64,000 bases of DNA from the IMG/VR virus record IMGVR_UViG_3300008267_000007, positions 47,095-111,094 of that record; one strand, written 5' to 3'. Numbering within the stretch: the stretch's first letter is position 1; every line of letters starts with the position of its first letter. The position numbers and the translations under genes were made by a program. This DNA comes from a virus. This document shows positions 28,417 to 38,796 of the stretch, in pieces. The notes under the pieces are model-generated. The model was not told the DNA's origin. It did no database searches and saw nothing but the letters and a program-made list of their open reading frames with translations.

Positions 28417-29349
28417 ATGGTAAATGGAATTTTATTAGGTCTATTGCAATCTGTAATAGGAAAGGGTACTGTTACTTCAAGAGGTAATTATGCATTTAAT
28501 TGCCCCTTTTGTAAGCATCGAAAACCTAAATTAGAAATTAATTTAATCCCAACAACCAAGAATGAAAATCCATGGCATTGTTGGGCTTGTGATGCTAAAG
28601 GTAAAACCATATCCACTCTATTTAAAGGTTTAAAAGTAGAGGGAAGTAAATACACTGAATTAAATTCTATATTAGGTACAACTTATAAGACAGATAGAAT
28701 TGAACTTAATAATAATATTGAGTTGCCCAAAGAATACACTCCTTTATTCAACATATCTAAATCTGACATAACAGCTAGACAGGCCTTAGCTTATCTTAAA
28801 AAACGTAACATAGGCCCAATTGATATATTAAAATATCAAATAGGATATTGTGAGCAAGGAAAATACTCCAATAAAATAATAATACCCAATTATAATTCAG
28901 AAGGTAAACTAGATTACTTTATAGCACGCTCATTTGAAGAAGACCCATTTAAGAAATATGATGCTCCTTCAGCTGACAAGAATAATATAATTGGGTTTGA
29001 AAACCTCATTAATTGGAGTTTACCTGTAATTTTATGTGAGGGAGCATTTGATGCTATAGCTATTAAACGTAATGCTATACCCTTATATGGAAAAACATTA
29101 TCAAGAAAATTAACCAAAAGATTACTAAATAATGATATCAAAGATGTCTATTTAGCCCTAGACAGTGATGCTTTAAAAAGTACACTTAAAATTGCCGGAG
29201 ATATACTCCAATCAGGAAAAACATTACATGTGATTAAACTAGATAGTAAAGACCCCAGTGATATGGGGTTTGAACAATTTACTCATTTAGTACAACAATC
29301 TCAAGAATTTACTTTTTCTGATCTATTTTCACTTAAACTATCTATTTAA
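28417..29349 (+). CDS. DNA primase (Zn finger + TOPRIM)
   Basis: CPFC...HCW.C; EG.FDA; D.DA; KDP.D. Confidence 0.92.
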   Translation: MVNGILLGLLQSVIGKGTVTSRGNYAFNCPFCKHRKPKLEINLIPTTKNENPWHCWACDAKGKTISTLFKGLKVEGSKYTELNSILGTTYKTDRIELNNNIELPKEYTPLFNISKSDITARQALAYLKKRNIGPIDILKYQIGYCEQGKYSNKIIIPNYNSEGKLDYFIARSFEEDPFKKYDAPSADKNNIIGFENLINWSLPVILCEGAFDAIAIKRNAIPLYGKTLSRKLTKRLLNNDIKDVYLALDSDALKSTLKIAGDILQSGKTLHVIKLDSKDPSDMGFEQFTHLVQQSQEFTFSDLFSLKLSI

Positions 29350-29352
29350 ATT

Positions 29353-30111
29353 ATGAGTTACGAAAGAATCCTAAAAATTTCAGACGATCACCAACAAATT
29401 ACTTTACCAGATTCTAGATTTTATCAAAGAAATGGTGAGTATTACCCATCAATTACCCATGTTTTATCTTCATATCCTAAAGGTAAACATTTTGAAGACT
29501 GGTTAAAGAAAGTAGGATACTCATCTGAATACATTGTTAAAAAAGCAGCAGAAGAAGGTACTCAAACACACCAACTGTGTGAGGATTATTTAAATGGTAA
29601 AGAATGTACTTTTTTAGATCCATATTATAAGCCTAAATACATACCTGAGGTATGGAAAATGTTTATAAAATTCGTTGAATTTTGGGAAACACATAAACCT
29701 AAACTGATAGAAACTGAAGTACATTTATTTTCTGATGAAATTAAAGTAGCAGGTACTTGTGATTTAGTAGTTGAAATTGAAGATGAATTATGGGTTATAG
29801 ACTTAAAAACTTCAAACCACTTACAAACTACTTATGATTTACAAACGGCTATCTATAGCAAATGTTATGAAGAGGATTTTGGAAAAAAAGTAAATAGAAG
29901 AGGAGTATTATGGTTAAAATCAGCTAAACGTGGTATTGATAAATCAGGTAAGAAAATGCAAGGTAAAGGTTGGGAAATAGTTGAATCAGATAGAACTCAA
30001 GATGAAGATTTAGAAATTTTTAGGTGTGTTAAAACCCTATTTGATTTAGAAAATCCAAATCCTAAACCTCATATTGAAGAATTAAAAACTGTAATCAAAA
30101 GAGAAGTATAA
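29353..30111 (+). CDS. PD-(D/E)XK exonuclease
   Basis: PSIT.VL, GT..H, AGT.D, IDLKTS, Q...Y. Confidence 0.88.
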   Translation: MSYERILKISDDHQQITLPDSRFYQRNGEYYPSITHVLSSYPKGKHFEDWLKKVGYSSEYIVKKAAEEGTQTHQLCEDYLNGKECTFLDPYYKPKYIPEVWKMFIKFVEFWETHKPKLIETEVHLFSDEIKVAGTCDLVVEIEDELWVIDLKTSNHLQTTYDLQTAIYSKCYEEDFGKKVNRRGVLWLKSAKRGIDKSGKKMQGKGWEIVESDRTQDEDLEIFRCVKTLFDLENPNPKPHIEELKTVIKREV

Positions 30112-30141
30112 ATATTTATATTAATAACATAACTATACAAT

Positions 30142-31140
30142 ATGATTATTTCTGAAAGAAAACAATTAGGTACGGTATACCACTTTACTAAAATAACTTC
30201 TATAAAATCCATATTAGAATCTAATTCATTTAAGGGGTCTGAAGTAGGAACCTGGAATTTTGAAAGAGATTTCCAATTTTTTAAAAAAGATGAGAAATTT
30301 TTTATCGATAAAGGTATAACCCACTTATATTTTTTCTCTACTACACGTAATAAGTTATTTTACAAAAGACCTTCTCATGGTGTTGGTGGAATGACTGCTC
30401 GTATTGTATTAGATGGGGACAAAATATCCGATAAATATAGATTTGTCCCTTTTAGATATTATGATGATGAACCTAAACATGAAGGTTCAGATGAATCCGA
30501 AGAAAGAATTATATTAGGTCTTAAAAGAGAATTACCTAACGCTAAAAGTTATATTAAAGAGATCCATGTAATGTTGGATTTAATAGAAGATAATGAAGCG
30601 TATTTACAGGAAGCTGAGAAATTGTATAATTATGATCCTTCATTAATTAAGTTTTATTATAAAGAAAAAGAAACTACTTTAGAAGATTATAGAACTAATA
30701 TCTTACCTACTATAGAACCTTATAGAGAAGACGAAATGGATGAAAATGATTCATTTGAGTATAGAGGAGGACCAATATTGCATGAGGGATTTACATCTCA
30801 AAAAGCACCACTAATGGGTAAATTTGTTGATTATACTTGTAGTAGATTAAATATAGATAAACCCAAAATTTCTATTATAAATTCACCTTTATACTCTCAA
30901 AAACATAAAAGTTTTGGAGGATACATGCCATCAGAACAATCAATAAAAGTAGTAGTGCATAATAGAAACATGGCTGATATTTTAAGAACATTAGCTCATG
31001 AGTTAGTACACCATATGCAAAACCTAACTGGAAAAGAATTAAATGGGGAAGATGGGTCAGACATTGAAAATGAAGCTAATGCAATGGCCGGAGTAATAAT
31101 GAGAGAATTTGGACGTGAAAACCCAGAAATATTTGAATAA
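30142..31140 (+). CDS. ADP-ribosyltransferase-like domain fused to a zincin metallopeptidase
   Basis: YHFT...STTR...ESEER (ART-like, tentative); LAHELVH...ENEAN (clear HExxH). Confidence 0.65.
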   Translation: MIISERKQLGTVYHFTKITSIKSILESNSFKGSEVGTWNFERDFQFFKKDEKFFIDKGITHLYFFSTTRNKLFYKRPSHGVGGMTARIVLDGDKISDKYRFVPFRYYDDEPKHEGSDESEERIILGLKRELPNAKSYIKEIHVMLDLIEDNEAYLQEAEKLYNYDPSLIKFYYKEKETTLEDYRTNILPTIEPYREDEMDENDSFEYRGGPILHEGFTSQKAPLMGKFVDYTCSRLNIDKPKISIINSPLYSQKHKSFGGYMPSEQSIKVVVHNRNMADILRTLAHELVHHMQNLTGKELNGEDGSDIENEANAMAGVIMREFGRENPEIFE

Positions 31141-31142
31141 TA

Positions 31143-31313
31143 ATGGATGGTAGATTTAGAGAGGCTCTTTATATGCTAAGAATATTAATGGCAGTAGAAA
31201 ATGAATTTGATATTATAATACAAGACACTGAAGTAGAATTTATAAATACTTTTGAAGATCTAATAAACTTAATACAAGAAAAAGAAAATGATATCAATAA
31301 AGGAATTATTTAA
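31143..31313 (+). CDS. 56-aa truncated acyl-carrier-protein-like protein lacking the Ppant serine, not in ORF track
   Basis: EALYMLRILMAVENEFDIIIQDTEVEFINTFEDLINLI aligns with ACP helices II-IV. Confidence 0.65.
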   Translation: MDGRFREALYMLRILMAVENEFDIIIQDTEVEFINTFEDLINLIQEKENDINKGII

Positions 31314-31824
31314 AGAAGAGTTATCTAAAGCTTACACTATCTATTGTGATATGGATGGTGTACTTTGTGATTTCGAAGCTCGCTTTGAACATTTCACAGG
31401 TTTATCCCCAGATCAATATCGAGCAAAAACTCAAAAAGAATATGGTGATAAAAAAGCAGATGAAATGTTTTGGGATGTAATTGATCACCAAGTAGGAATG
31501 AGATTTTGGAGAGGGATGCATTGGATGCCTGAAGGTAGAGCTTTGTGGGATTATATAAAACCTCATAAACCTACTCTACTCACAGCACCTTCATGGCATG
31601 ACTCTAGTAAAGAAGGGAAAAAAGCCTGGGTTGAAGATCACATACCTGGAACTCCTATAGTTTTTAAACCCGCAGACAAAAAAGCAGATTTATCCGGTCC
31701 TAATACAATTCTTATTGACGATAGAGAAGACACTATTATGAGTTGGAAAGCTAAAAATGGTATAGGAATTTTATATAAAAATACCGAACAAACAATAAAT
31801 GAATTAAAACACTTAGGACTATAA
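31288..31824 (+). CDS. HAD-family 5'(3')-deoxyribonucleotidase-like protein
   Basis: IYCDMDGVL.DF, LTAP, K..W, LIDDR. Confidence 0.88.
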   Translation: MISIKELFKEELSKAYTIYCDMDGVLCDFEARFEHFTGLSPDQYRAKTQKEYGDKKADEMFWDVIDHQVGMRFWRGMHWMPEGRALWDYIKPHKPTLLTAPSWHDSSKEGKKAWVEDHIPGTPIVFKPADKKADLSGPNTILIDDREDTIMSWKAKNGIGILYKNTEQTINELKHLGL

Positions 31825-31827
31825 GTT

Positions 31828-32400
31828 ATGTCAACACAATTAAATAGAGAATTCTCAGAACGCGACATACAACGTATGCGTAATATTATTAGTAAAAAAA
31901 CTGGTGATGGTACTCGAATTCAAGCTGGTTATGCCAAAGCACAAATTACTCATATTGAAGGAGATGTTTGGGAAGAAAATGGTAAGACTTGGACTCTTAA
32001 AAACGGTATCAAGCAAACTGTCACTAAACATGATGCCTTAAAAGCTATGGTGGAATTTCCACTTACATGCCCATGTTGTAGTAAGCCAATGAAAGATCAA
32101 CCATTGAATAGAAAAATGTATTCTATACACAACAAGTGTTTTGATTGTGTTATTGAAATGGAAACTAAACTTCGATTAGAGGGTAAATATGATGAATATG
32201 TTAAGGGGATGTTAAACAGTAATAAAAATTCCTCTTTAAATGATGTCGAACAAATGTTTGATGAGTATTTCAACAGTAAGAAAGAAACATATGTTACTGA
32301 GGCAGGTGATATAGAAAAATGGGATGGTGGTAGCATTGACCCTGAATACATAAAAATGGTCAAAGAAAATATAAAACGCCTTAAAGAAACAGAGATATAA
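31828..32400 (+). CDS. Hypothetical protein with CxxC...CxxC Zn motif
   Basis: CPCC and CFDC; GDVWEE.GK.W. Confidence 0.8.
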   Translation: MSTQLNREFSERDIQRMRNIISKKTGDGTRIQAGYAKAQITHIEGDVWEENGKTWTLKNGIKQTVTKHDALKAMVEFPLTCPCCSKPMKDQPLNRKMYSIHNKCFDCVIEMETKLRLEGKYDEYVKGMLNSNKNSSLNDVEQMFDEYFNSKKETYVTEAGDIEKWDGGSIDPEYIKMVKENIKRLKETEI

Positions 32401-32422
32401 ATATTTATACCAAAACCTAACC

Positions 32423-33055
32423 ATGAAAAAAGAATTCTTAAAGAACATAATTAAAGAAAGCATAACTGATTATCTATCAGCTTTAAATGAAACTAATGCA
32501 GATCCTAGCGTACCTGAAGATTCAACCGATATGGCTTTGGATATGATGAAGAATGGATTACCTACCCAAACTAAAGAATCATTAACATCTACTCCCGGTA
32601 TGATGTTTGAAGATAAAGTAACTAAAGATAGTCATATCTATTTAGTTAAAAAAGCAATGAATGAGTCTACTGAAAAAGATTTAGTTGAGAAAAAATTATT
32701 ATTAGATCTAATTGGTGAAGGATTATATGAAGGTGCTTATTTAAATGAAGCTGCTGCTATGAATGCTGCTAAAAAAGCTCTTAAAGGTAGAGACACACAG
32801 ATTAAAGAAAATGTTAAAAGAGGTAATTCTAAGATATCTGAATTAGAGGATCAAATTGAAGACTTGAAAATTGACATTAAAGCTAAACAAAGTAAAGCTA
32901 TAGACGAACCTGGAATGAGAGATAGTTTAGTAGCTGATGTTGAGGGTTTAATGGCTAAATTAGATAAAAAAGAAGCAGTATTAGAAAAATTAAAAGCTGC
33001 TTTAGAAAAATCTGCACCTAAAAAAGAAAAGAAAGAAACTAAAGATGAAGAATAA
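32423..33055 (+). CDS. Putative internal head protein
   Basis: Late promoter; leader LKNIIKES...LNE; charged coiled coil. Confidence 0.65.
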   Translation: MKKEFLKNIIKESITDYLSALNETNADPSVPEDSTDMALDMMKNGLPTQTKESLTSTPGMMFEDKVTKDSHIYLVKKAMNESTEKDLVEKKLLLDLIGEGLYEGAYLNEAAAMNAAKKALKGRDTQIKENVKRGNSKISELEDQIEDLKIDIKAKQSKAIDEPGMRDSLVADVEGLMAKLDKKEAVLEKLKAALEKSAPKKEKKETKDEE

Positions 33056-34592
33056 TTATACTGAAATTTTATCTAAACATCTATATACTCTAATTAAAGA
33101 GGAACTTGAAGATGGTGAAGATGATCAAGCTAAGAAATATGCTGAGTATGATGTAGTATTAATTCCGGAAGATGTTAGTAAGGCTATTGAAGCCCTATCT
33201 AATGTTAAGAATTATGGACCTTATGCTCAAAATCTAAGAGATCCTAAAACCATTGAACAAGTATTTGGACCAACTACTCCTGCAACTAAAGGTAGAGTAG
33301 CTAAAGAAACATGGAATAAATTTTCAGAAGGTGAAAAACGTGCTAAGGTACTAGATATTAAGTCTAGAGCTCCTCAAGATTTTGCTTCTGTTGAAACACA
33401 ATTAAATCCTAACTTCCAAACTTGGTCTGAAGAGAATGAAGGGGATTTTATTGATTTCTTAATATCACTTCCTGGAGAATCCTTACCAATGAGTTTTTAT
33501 GGTAAGTATGGTGCTAATTTCTTTCTAACTAAAACGCCTGAAAATCTTAAAAAATATAGTGGTGTAATGTCTAAAGGTGTTCACTACACAGCGGATGAAA
33601 ATGAATTAACCTTTCCTAATAATTGGAATCCATTTAAATCTAAAGATTATCTTAAAAAAGTATTAAAACTTATAATGGATGCTGCTGGAGTAGAATATGT
33701 TTTTTCTGAACAAGAATCAGCAGAACAACCTAAAGAAAAAGCAACTAGTATTACTTCACCTGAAAAACCAGGTCAAATAAATTTCGTTAAAACATTCACT
33801 GATGATGAAGGCGAACCAGATAATGATCTAGCTTTAAAATTCAGAAAATTAGTACCAGATGAATTCAAATTTAAAACCAAAGTTGAAAACGGTAAGATTA
33901 CAGTAAGTGATATATCAGCATCTGAAAAGAAAGCTTTGATTAATGCCTCAATTAAATTCCAAGAAAAATATAGTAACCTTTACGAAAATACCAACACAAT
34001 GAAAGACCAATTAAGAACACAGTTAACTTCTATGATTAAAGAAGTTCTTTTAGAAAAAAAATTAACTCCTGCTCAACTTAAGAAAAGAAATAAAGAGGCA
34101 GAAGTTATTAAAAAGAAAAACCCTAAAATCGATAAAGGTGAAGCATATGCAATTGCTACTAAACATTTGAAAGAAGATAAAGGTGATACTTCATTAGATG
34201 ATATTGTAATGTCGTTTGAAGCTGCTCTTGATATTGAGGATGAAGCTAGACAAAAACAAGCTTTAGCTGCGGTTTATAATGAATTAAAAAATAAAGTAAA
34301 AGGTAAAATTAATAAAGCTGTTGATTGGGCTAAAGAAAAAGCACAGGCCTATGATGATAGTTTAGGAGAAGGTCTAAATGAACCTACCCAATTAGCTGCT
34401 ACTCAACAAAATAAAGCTAAATCTAATATAACTAATATTAAAACTTTTTCTCAAGCCGTTAAAGATTTGATAACTCAACTACAAGCAGGAGAAGAAGCAG
34501 ATTATGTAAACACCCCAACTTTTAAATCAGTTATGCAATATTTAGATAAAGCCATAGGGGCTAAAGACACCCCAAAAGCACCCACAAAATAA
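33045..34592 (+). CDS. Putative internal head polyprotein
   Basis: Leader LYTLIKEE; internal second leader MKDQLRTQLTSMIKEVLLE. Confidence 0.65.
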   Translation: MKNNYTEILSKHLYTLIKEELEDGEDDQAKKYAEYDVVLIPEDVSKAIEALSNVKNYGPYAQNLRDPKTIEQVFGPTTPATKGRVAKETWNKFSEGEKRAKVLDIKSRAPQDFASVETQLNPNFQTWSEENEGDFIDFLISLPGESLPMSFYGKYGANFFLTKTPENLKKYSGVMSKGVHYTADENELTFPNNWNPFKSKDYLKKVLKLIMDAAGVEYVFSEQESAEQPKEKATSITSPEKPGQINFVKTFTDDEGEPDNDLALKFRKLVPDEFKFKTKVENGKITVSDISASEKKALINASIKFQEKYSNLYENTNTMKDQLRTQLTSMIKEVLLEKKLTPAQLKKRNKEAEVIKKKNPKIDKGEAYAIATKHLKEDKGDTSLDDIVMSFEAALDIEDEARQKQALAAVYNELKNKVKGKINKAVDWAKEKAQAYDDSLGEGLNEPTQLAATQQNKAKSNITNIKTFSQAVKDLITQLQAGEEADYVNTPTFKSVMQYLDKAIGAKDTPKAPTK

Positions 34593-35149
34593 TGATTAAA
34601 TTAGCTGATATACTAAAAGAGATAGAGGAACCTGTAAATTTTTCAGCATTAGCAAATATAGATGATGTTGTAAAAAAGGAACTAGAAAAAGCACAAGAAG
34701 ACCAACCTGTAAATGAAGTAGTTGGTTTAACAGTAGCTGCATTTATTATAGCTTTACCAGGAATGATTAATGGTATATTTAGAATTATAAAAGCTATAAA
34801 AGATAAAGCTCCTCCAAGATTTAATCTATCTAAATCAGATGATAATCAATCTCATATTGATTATATAATTGATTTTACTAATAAAATGGATGAGTATCTT
34901 GACACTCCTTTTAGATTGATGTTAACCCCTTTTATAAAAGACGAAACAAAAAGAGATAAAGTAGCAAAACTTATAAAAGCTCTAACATTATTAATAATGT
35001 CATTGGGAATAGATATAACAAAATCCCCAAATATAATGGCCGTAGGTAAAGAATTAGCGGGTGATAAATTTACAGATTTAGCTTTTAGTAAAACAACAGC
35101 TGATTTAATAATTAAAGTAAAACCTATAATACAAAATATCTTCAAATAA
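34592..35149 (+). CDS. Putative internal head protein with hydrophobic segments
   Basis: Leader MIKLADILKE; hydrophobic helix after VNE. Confidence 0.65.
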   Translation: MIKLADILKEIEEPVNFSALANIDDVVKKELEKAQEDQPVNEVVGLTVAAFIIALPGMINGIFRIIKAIKDKAPPRFNLSKSDDNQSHIDYIIDFTNKMDEYLDTPFRLMLTPFIKDETKRDKVAKLIKALTLLIMSLGIDITKSPNIMAVGKELAGDKFTDLAFSKTTADLIIKVKPIIQNIFK

Positions 35150-35977
35150 ATGGATCAATCAGATTTAAGAAATATAATTAGAGAAACCATAGAACATATC
35201 TTTCAAGAAAGTAAAGTATCTTCTCTTCAAGAAAATGTTTTATTAACTGAAGATAAAGTCTCTAAAAACCTACAATACCATTTAGATAAAAACATCCCAT
35301 TACATGAGAATGCTTTTAGATATGGTACTGAAGCTCAATTATCTTTATTCAAAGAAGTAAGAAAACTTTATAATGAAGATAAACTGTATTTAAATCCTGA
35401 AGATAGGTGGTTAGTTGAAAACACTGATATTGGGAATTATGGTTTATTTGAAGGTCAATTTGTAGCTTTAGATGTACCAATGATTGAAGAGGATGTTAAT
35501 CCTACTGATACAATTACAATGGATGTTCCATTATTTATTCGCATGCTAGAATATGCTAGAGAGGATGCTAAGACCGATATGGACTTACATGATGTGGCAG
35601 AAAAAGCGCTTGCTTTGAGTACTACTGGCGCTACATTAACTATGGCGAATTATGAGAGTATTGCGGGTAAATCGTTGAATGAAGCTGAATATCAAGGTAA
35701 AGAAGTTAAATTAAGTAAACCAAAACGTGGTGGGTCTAAAAAATTCTATGTTTATGTTAAGGACGGAGACAAAGTAAAAAAAGTTTCATTTGGAGCAGCA
35801 GGTGGTGGTCAAAATTTAGCAGTTAAGATTAGAGATCCTAAAGCAAGAAGAGCATTCGCTGCTCGCCAAAATTGTGATAGAAAAAAAGATAAAACAACTC
35901 CTGGATATTGGTCTTGTAATATAGGTCGTTATTGGAAATCATTAGGTGGAGGTTCAAACTTTAGCGGATACTGGTAG
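35150..35977 (+). CDS. Putative internal head polyprotein with basic C-terminal domain (DUF6321-like)
   Basis: Leader LRNIIRE; KKFYVYVK...V.FG...AR..F.AR..C...YWSC. Confidence 0.7.
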   Translation: MDQSDLRNIIRETIEHIFQESKVSSLQENVLLTEDKVSKNLQYHLDKNIPLHENAFRYGTEAQLSLFKEVRKLYNEDKLYLNPEDRWLVENTDIGNYGLFEGQFVALDVPMIEEDVNPTDTITMDVPLFIRMLEYAREDAKTDMDLHDVAEKALALSTTGATLTMANYESIAGKSLNEAEYQGKEVKLSKPKRGGSKKFYVYVKDGDKVKKVSFGAAGGGQNLAVKIRDPKARRAFAARQNCDRKKDKTTPGYWSCNIGRYWKSLGGGSNFSGYW

Positions 35978-36360
35978 TGGATGATTTAAACGAAAAAAAG
36001 AAAAAACGTGATAGATGTTTACGTATAGCTGATCGAAAATATAATAAACCATCAGCTTATAAATCAGCTGCTGCTGAAAGATGTCGTCAGGGTGATATAT
36101 GGAAAGATTTAAAAGAAGCCTTTAAACAAGTTCTTCAAGAAGATGAATCACTTTATAAATGGCTTAAAAGACAAGGCCCACCAGGTAAAGAAGGAGGATG
36201 GGTAGATTGTAATACTTGTCGTAAAGTAGACGGTAAAACAAAATGTAAAGCATGTGGTAGGAAAAAAGGAGAAAAACGTGCAAAATATCCTTCATGCCGT
36301 CCTACACCTAAAAAATGTAAAGATCCTGGAAAGGGTAAAACTTGGGGAAAAACAAAATGA
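35977..36360 (+). CDS. Basic Cys-rich protein
   Basis: PSAY.S, W.D, CGR, YP.CRP motifs; GTG start. Confidence 0.75.
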   Translation: MDDLNEKKKKRDRCLRIADRKYNKPSAYKSAAAERCRQGDIWKDLKEAFKQVLQEDESLYKWLKRQGPPGKEGGWVDCNTCRKVDGKTKCKACGRKKGEKRAKYPSCRPTPKKCKDPGKGKTWGKTK

Positions 36361-36602
36361 TAAAACTACAAGACATATTAACAGAAAATTATGGTGGACC
36401 AGGTGAAATGGTTTTACCTCCAAACCATAAAGCAGGATTAAAAGTACCTAAAGGTGGTTCATGTTGTGCTAATTGTAAATGGTGGAAACAAGAAGAAAAA
36501 ATTTGTGTTAGTACTTATTATGTTGAGTGGGCGGGTACAAATACTATACCATATGCCGCTGATGAATATTGCACAAATTGGTGGGAACCTATAACTAAAT
36601 AA
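36357..36602 (+). CDS. Small Cys-rich protein with MIKL leader
   Basis: Start 36357 (ATGA overlap), MIKLQDILTE; C.NC.WW...C...C.WW. Confidence 0.75.
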   Translation: MIKLQDILTENYGGPGEMVLPPNHKAGLKVPKGGSCCANCKWWKQEEKICVSTYYVEWAGTNTIPYAADEYCTNWWEPITK

Positions 36603-36606
36603 TATC

Positions 36607-36951
36607 ATGATAAAATTAAACAACTTACTAAACGAAGCTACCCTCGACAAAATATTCCACATTAATGGAACTCTTATTGTTGATGATAATGCTAGAAACC
36701 AAAAAGACATCCTTTCAGATGTTCGAGCTTTACCTGGCATTACAGTGGTAAGAAACGTGGAGATGGATCAAGATCCTACCTCAAGATACTTTAGAAGTAG
36801 ATTAGAAGTAAAAATCGATCCCTATCCATACACAAAACAACATAAGTTCAATGGGGAAGAAACTATTCAAACCATTGCGGATAACATAAAAAAGGTACCT
36901 GGTGTAATAGGATTTAAACAAGATGGTGTTACTTATGTTACTGAAGTATAA
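36607..36951 (+). CDS. Hypothetical protein with MIKL leader (ferredoxin-like alpha/beta repeat)
   Basis: MIKLNNLLNE; two R/K.(L/V)PG(I/V) units. Confidence 0.75.
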   Translation: MIKLNNLLNEATLDKIFHINGTLIVDDNARNQKDILSDVRALPGITVVRNVEMDQDPTSRYFRSRLEVKIDPYPYTKQHKFNGEETIQTIADNIKKVPGVIGFKQDGVTYVTEV

Positions 36952-37218
36952 ATGAAACCCTATCAAGAAGTTATAGATAGAGACAATTCACGTTTACGTG
37001 AATTTAAAACTAATATAGATACTCATGAGTTAGTATGGCATAAAGATCAAAAAGATCGTCATATTACTATATTAGAAGGAGGAGGGTGGCAATTTCAAAT
37101 GGATAATGAATTGCCTTTAATTCTTCAAAAAGGAGATAATATATTTATACCTAAAGAGACCTACCATAGAGTAATAAAGGGTTCTTCTGATTTATTAATT
37201 AGCATAATAGAAACATAA
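36952..37218 (+). CDS. Cupin-domain protein
   Basis: WH.D...R...G.GW.FQ...GD..FIPK..YHR. Confidence 0.8.
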   Translation: MKPYQEVIDRDNSRLREFKTNIDTHELVWHKDQKDRHITILEGGGWQFQMDNELPLILQKGDNIFIPKETYHRVIKGSSDLLISIIET

Positions 37219-37953
37219 ATGAGTATTAAACAATACAAATTAAAAGATTTACCTGATAAAGTAAGGAACCCCCATACAAGTATTAGATTTAAAGGAGATA
37301 AAACAACCTATTCTAGCATATTTGTAACTTCTAGTAATAAGTCTGTTAGAGTGAAAAATGAACAAACTGGTGAAACCAGAACTTTCCCTATTAAAGATAT
37401 AATTAGAATAGGTAATGATGATATTCAAATTGTTAATGAGAGTTTAGAACTCCTTAAGCAAATTATCAAAGAGGAAATTGAGGATTTCAAATCTTCTGAA
37501 CCTCTTACATTTGAAGGTAACCCATTAGAATTTATCTTACAAAAATATGATACATTAGACGCTACAATGATTGATCTAATGACACCATCATTTAGAGATT
37601 ACATAACTGGGATATTCATTATAGCACCTAAACCAACCACTTTTAGAGTATTGCTTCATAATAACCAAGAATTCCATTTAATATACGGTCCTCAGGCTTA
37701 CATTGCTAGAATATCAGGTAAAAAATATAACTTAATTAATTTGTCTGAAGAGGAATTTGCTATCAAATCTATAGCCCAATTATTAGAGTTAGGTATGCCT
37801 CCAGGAAGTGAAGGTCCAGCTGAAGAGAATAAAAATGAAGCGGACTTACAAAGCAATTCCCAAGAAGAGACCCAAGCCGAAACACCACCTGAAGAAGAAA
37901 CACCTCCAGCTGATTTAAAAGAATCAATTAAAAAATTTAGAATAAAATTATAA
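37219..37953 (+). CDS. Hypothetical protein with internal leader-like motif
   Basis: VNESLELLKQIIKEEIE; acidic Pro-rich tail. Confidence 0.7.
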   Translation: MSIKQYKLKDLPDKVRNPHTSIRFKGDKTTYSSIFVTSSNKSVRVKNEQTGETRTFPIKDIIRIGNDDIQIVNESLELLKQIIKEEIEDFKSSEPLTFEGNPLEFILQKYDTLDATMIDLMTPSFRDYITGIFIIAPKPTTFRVLLHNNQEFHLIYGPQAYIARISGKKYNLINLSEEEFAIKSIAQLLELGMPPGSEGPAEENKNEADLQSNSQEETQAETPPEEETPPADLKESIKKFRIKL

Positions 37954-37958
37954 ATAAA

Positions 37959-37988
37959 TTTGGCTCCCCAAAGGAGCCTTATTATATT
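37959..37988 (+). promoter_or_regulatory. Palindromic promoter, copy 2
   Basis: TTTGGCTCC-CCAAA-GGAGCC-TTAT-TATATT. Confidence 0.75.
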
Positions 37989-38010
37989 ATACTAATTTAA
38001 CAAATCTGTT

Positions 38011-38796
38011 ATGAACAAAATTAATAAAAAGAGATTATTTTTTGACATCGAAACCAGCCCAAACATTGGATTTTTCTGGCAATCGGGATATAAATTAAAT
38101 ATACCATATGGTAATATTATTAAAGAGAGAGCCATTATTTGTATTTGTTATAAATGGGAAGGTGACGATAAGGTATATTCTTTAAATTGGGATAAAAACC
38201 AAGATGATAAAGAATTATTAGAAAAATTTATTACTGTAGCTAATGATGCCCATGAATTAGTAGGTCACAATGGGGATAAATTTGATTTGCCTTGGATTAG
38301 AACACGTTGTCTATTCCATGGTATTCCTTGTTTCCCTAATTACACTACAATTGATACTTTAAAACAAGCTCGTTCTAAATTTAGATTCAATAGTAATACT
38401 TTGAATTACATTGCCCAATATTTAAATGTTGGTGAAAAATCTGAAACTGGTGGATTTGATTTGTGGAAAGATATTGTATTAAACAATAGTCAAACTGCAA
38501 TGAAAACCATGGTAGATTATTGTAAAAATGATGTAGTAATTCTAGAGAAAGTATTCCACCATCTTAAAAATTATGTTCCTCATAAATCTCATTTTGGAGT
38601 ATTAGCAACAGGTGAAAAAACATCTTGTCCCGAATGTGGATCAGAAGATTTAAAACATTCTCAAACTCGTTATTCAGCCGCTGGAACTCCACGTGTTCAA
38701 ATGCAGTGTAGAGATTGTCACAAATACCACACAGTAGCTAATAGAACTTATGAAGCCATAACAGCCCAACAATTACAAGAGGGGGTAAAAAAGTAA
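38011..38796 (+). CDS. DnaQ/RNase H-like 3'-5' exonuclease with C-terminal Zn ribbon
   Basis: FDIET, HNGDKFD, IDTLK, YC.NDV; CPECG...CRDC. Confidence 0.88.
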   Translation: MNKINKKRLFFDIETSPNIGFFWQSGYKLNIPYGNIIKERAIICICYKWEGDDKVYSLNWDKNQDDKELLEKFITVANDAHELVGHNGDKFDLPWIRTRCLFHGIPCFPNYTTIDTLKQARSKFRFNSNTLNYIAQYLNVGEKSETGGFDLWKDIVLNNSQTAMKTMVDYCKNDVVILEKVFHHLKNYVPHKSHFGVLATGEKTSCPECGSEDLKHSQTRYSAAGTPRVQMQCRDCHKYHTVANRTYEAITAQQLQEGVKK

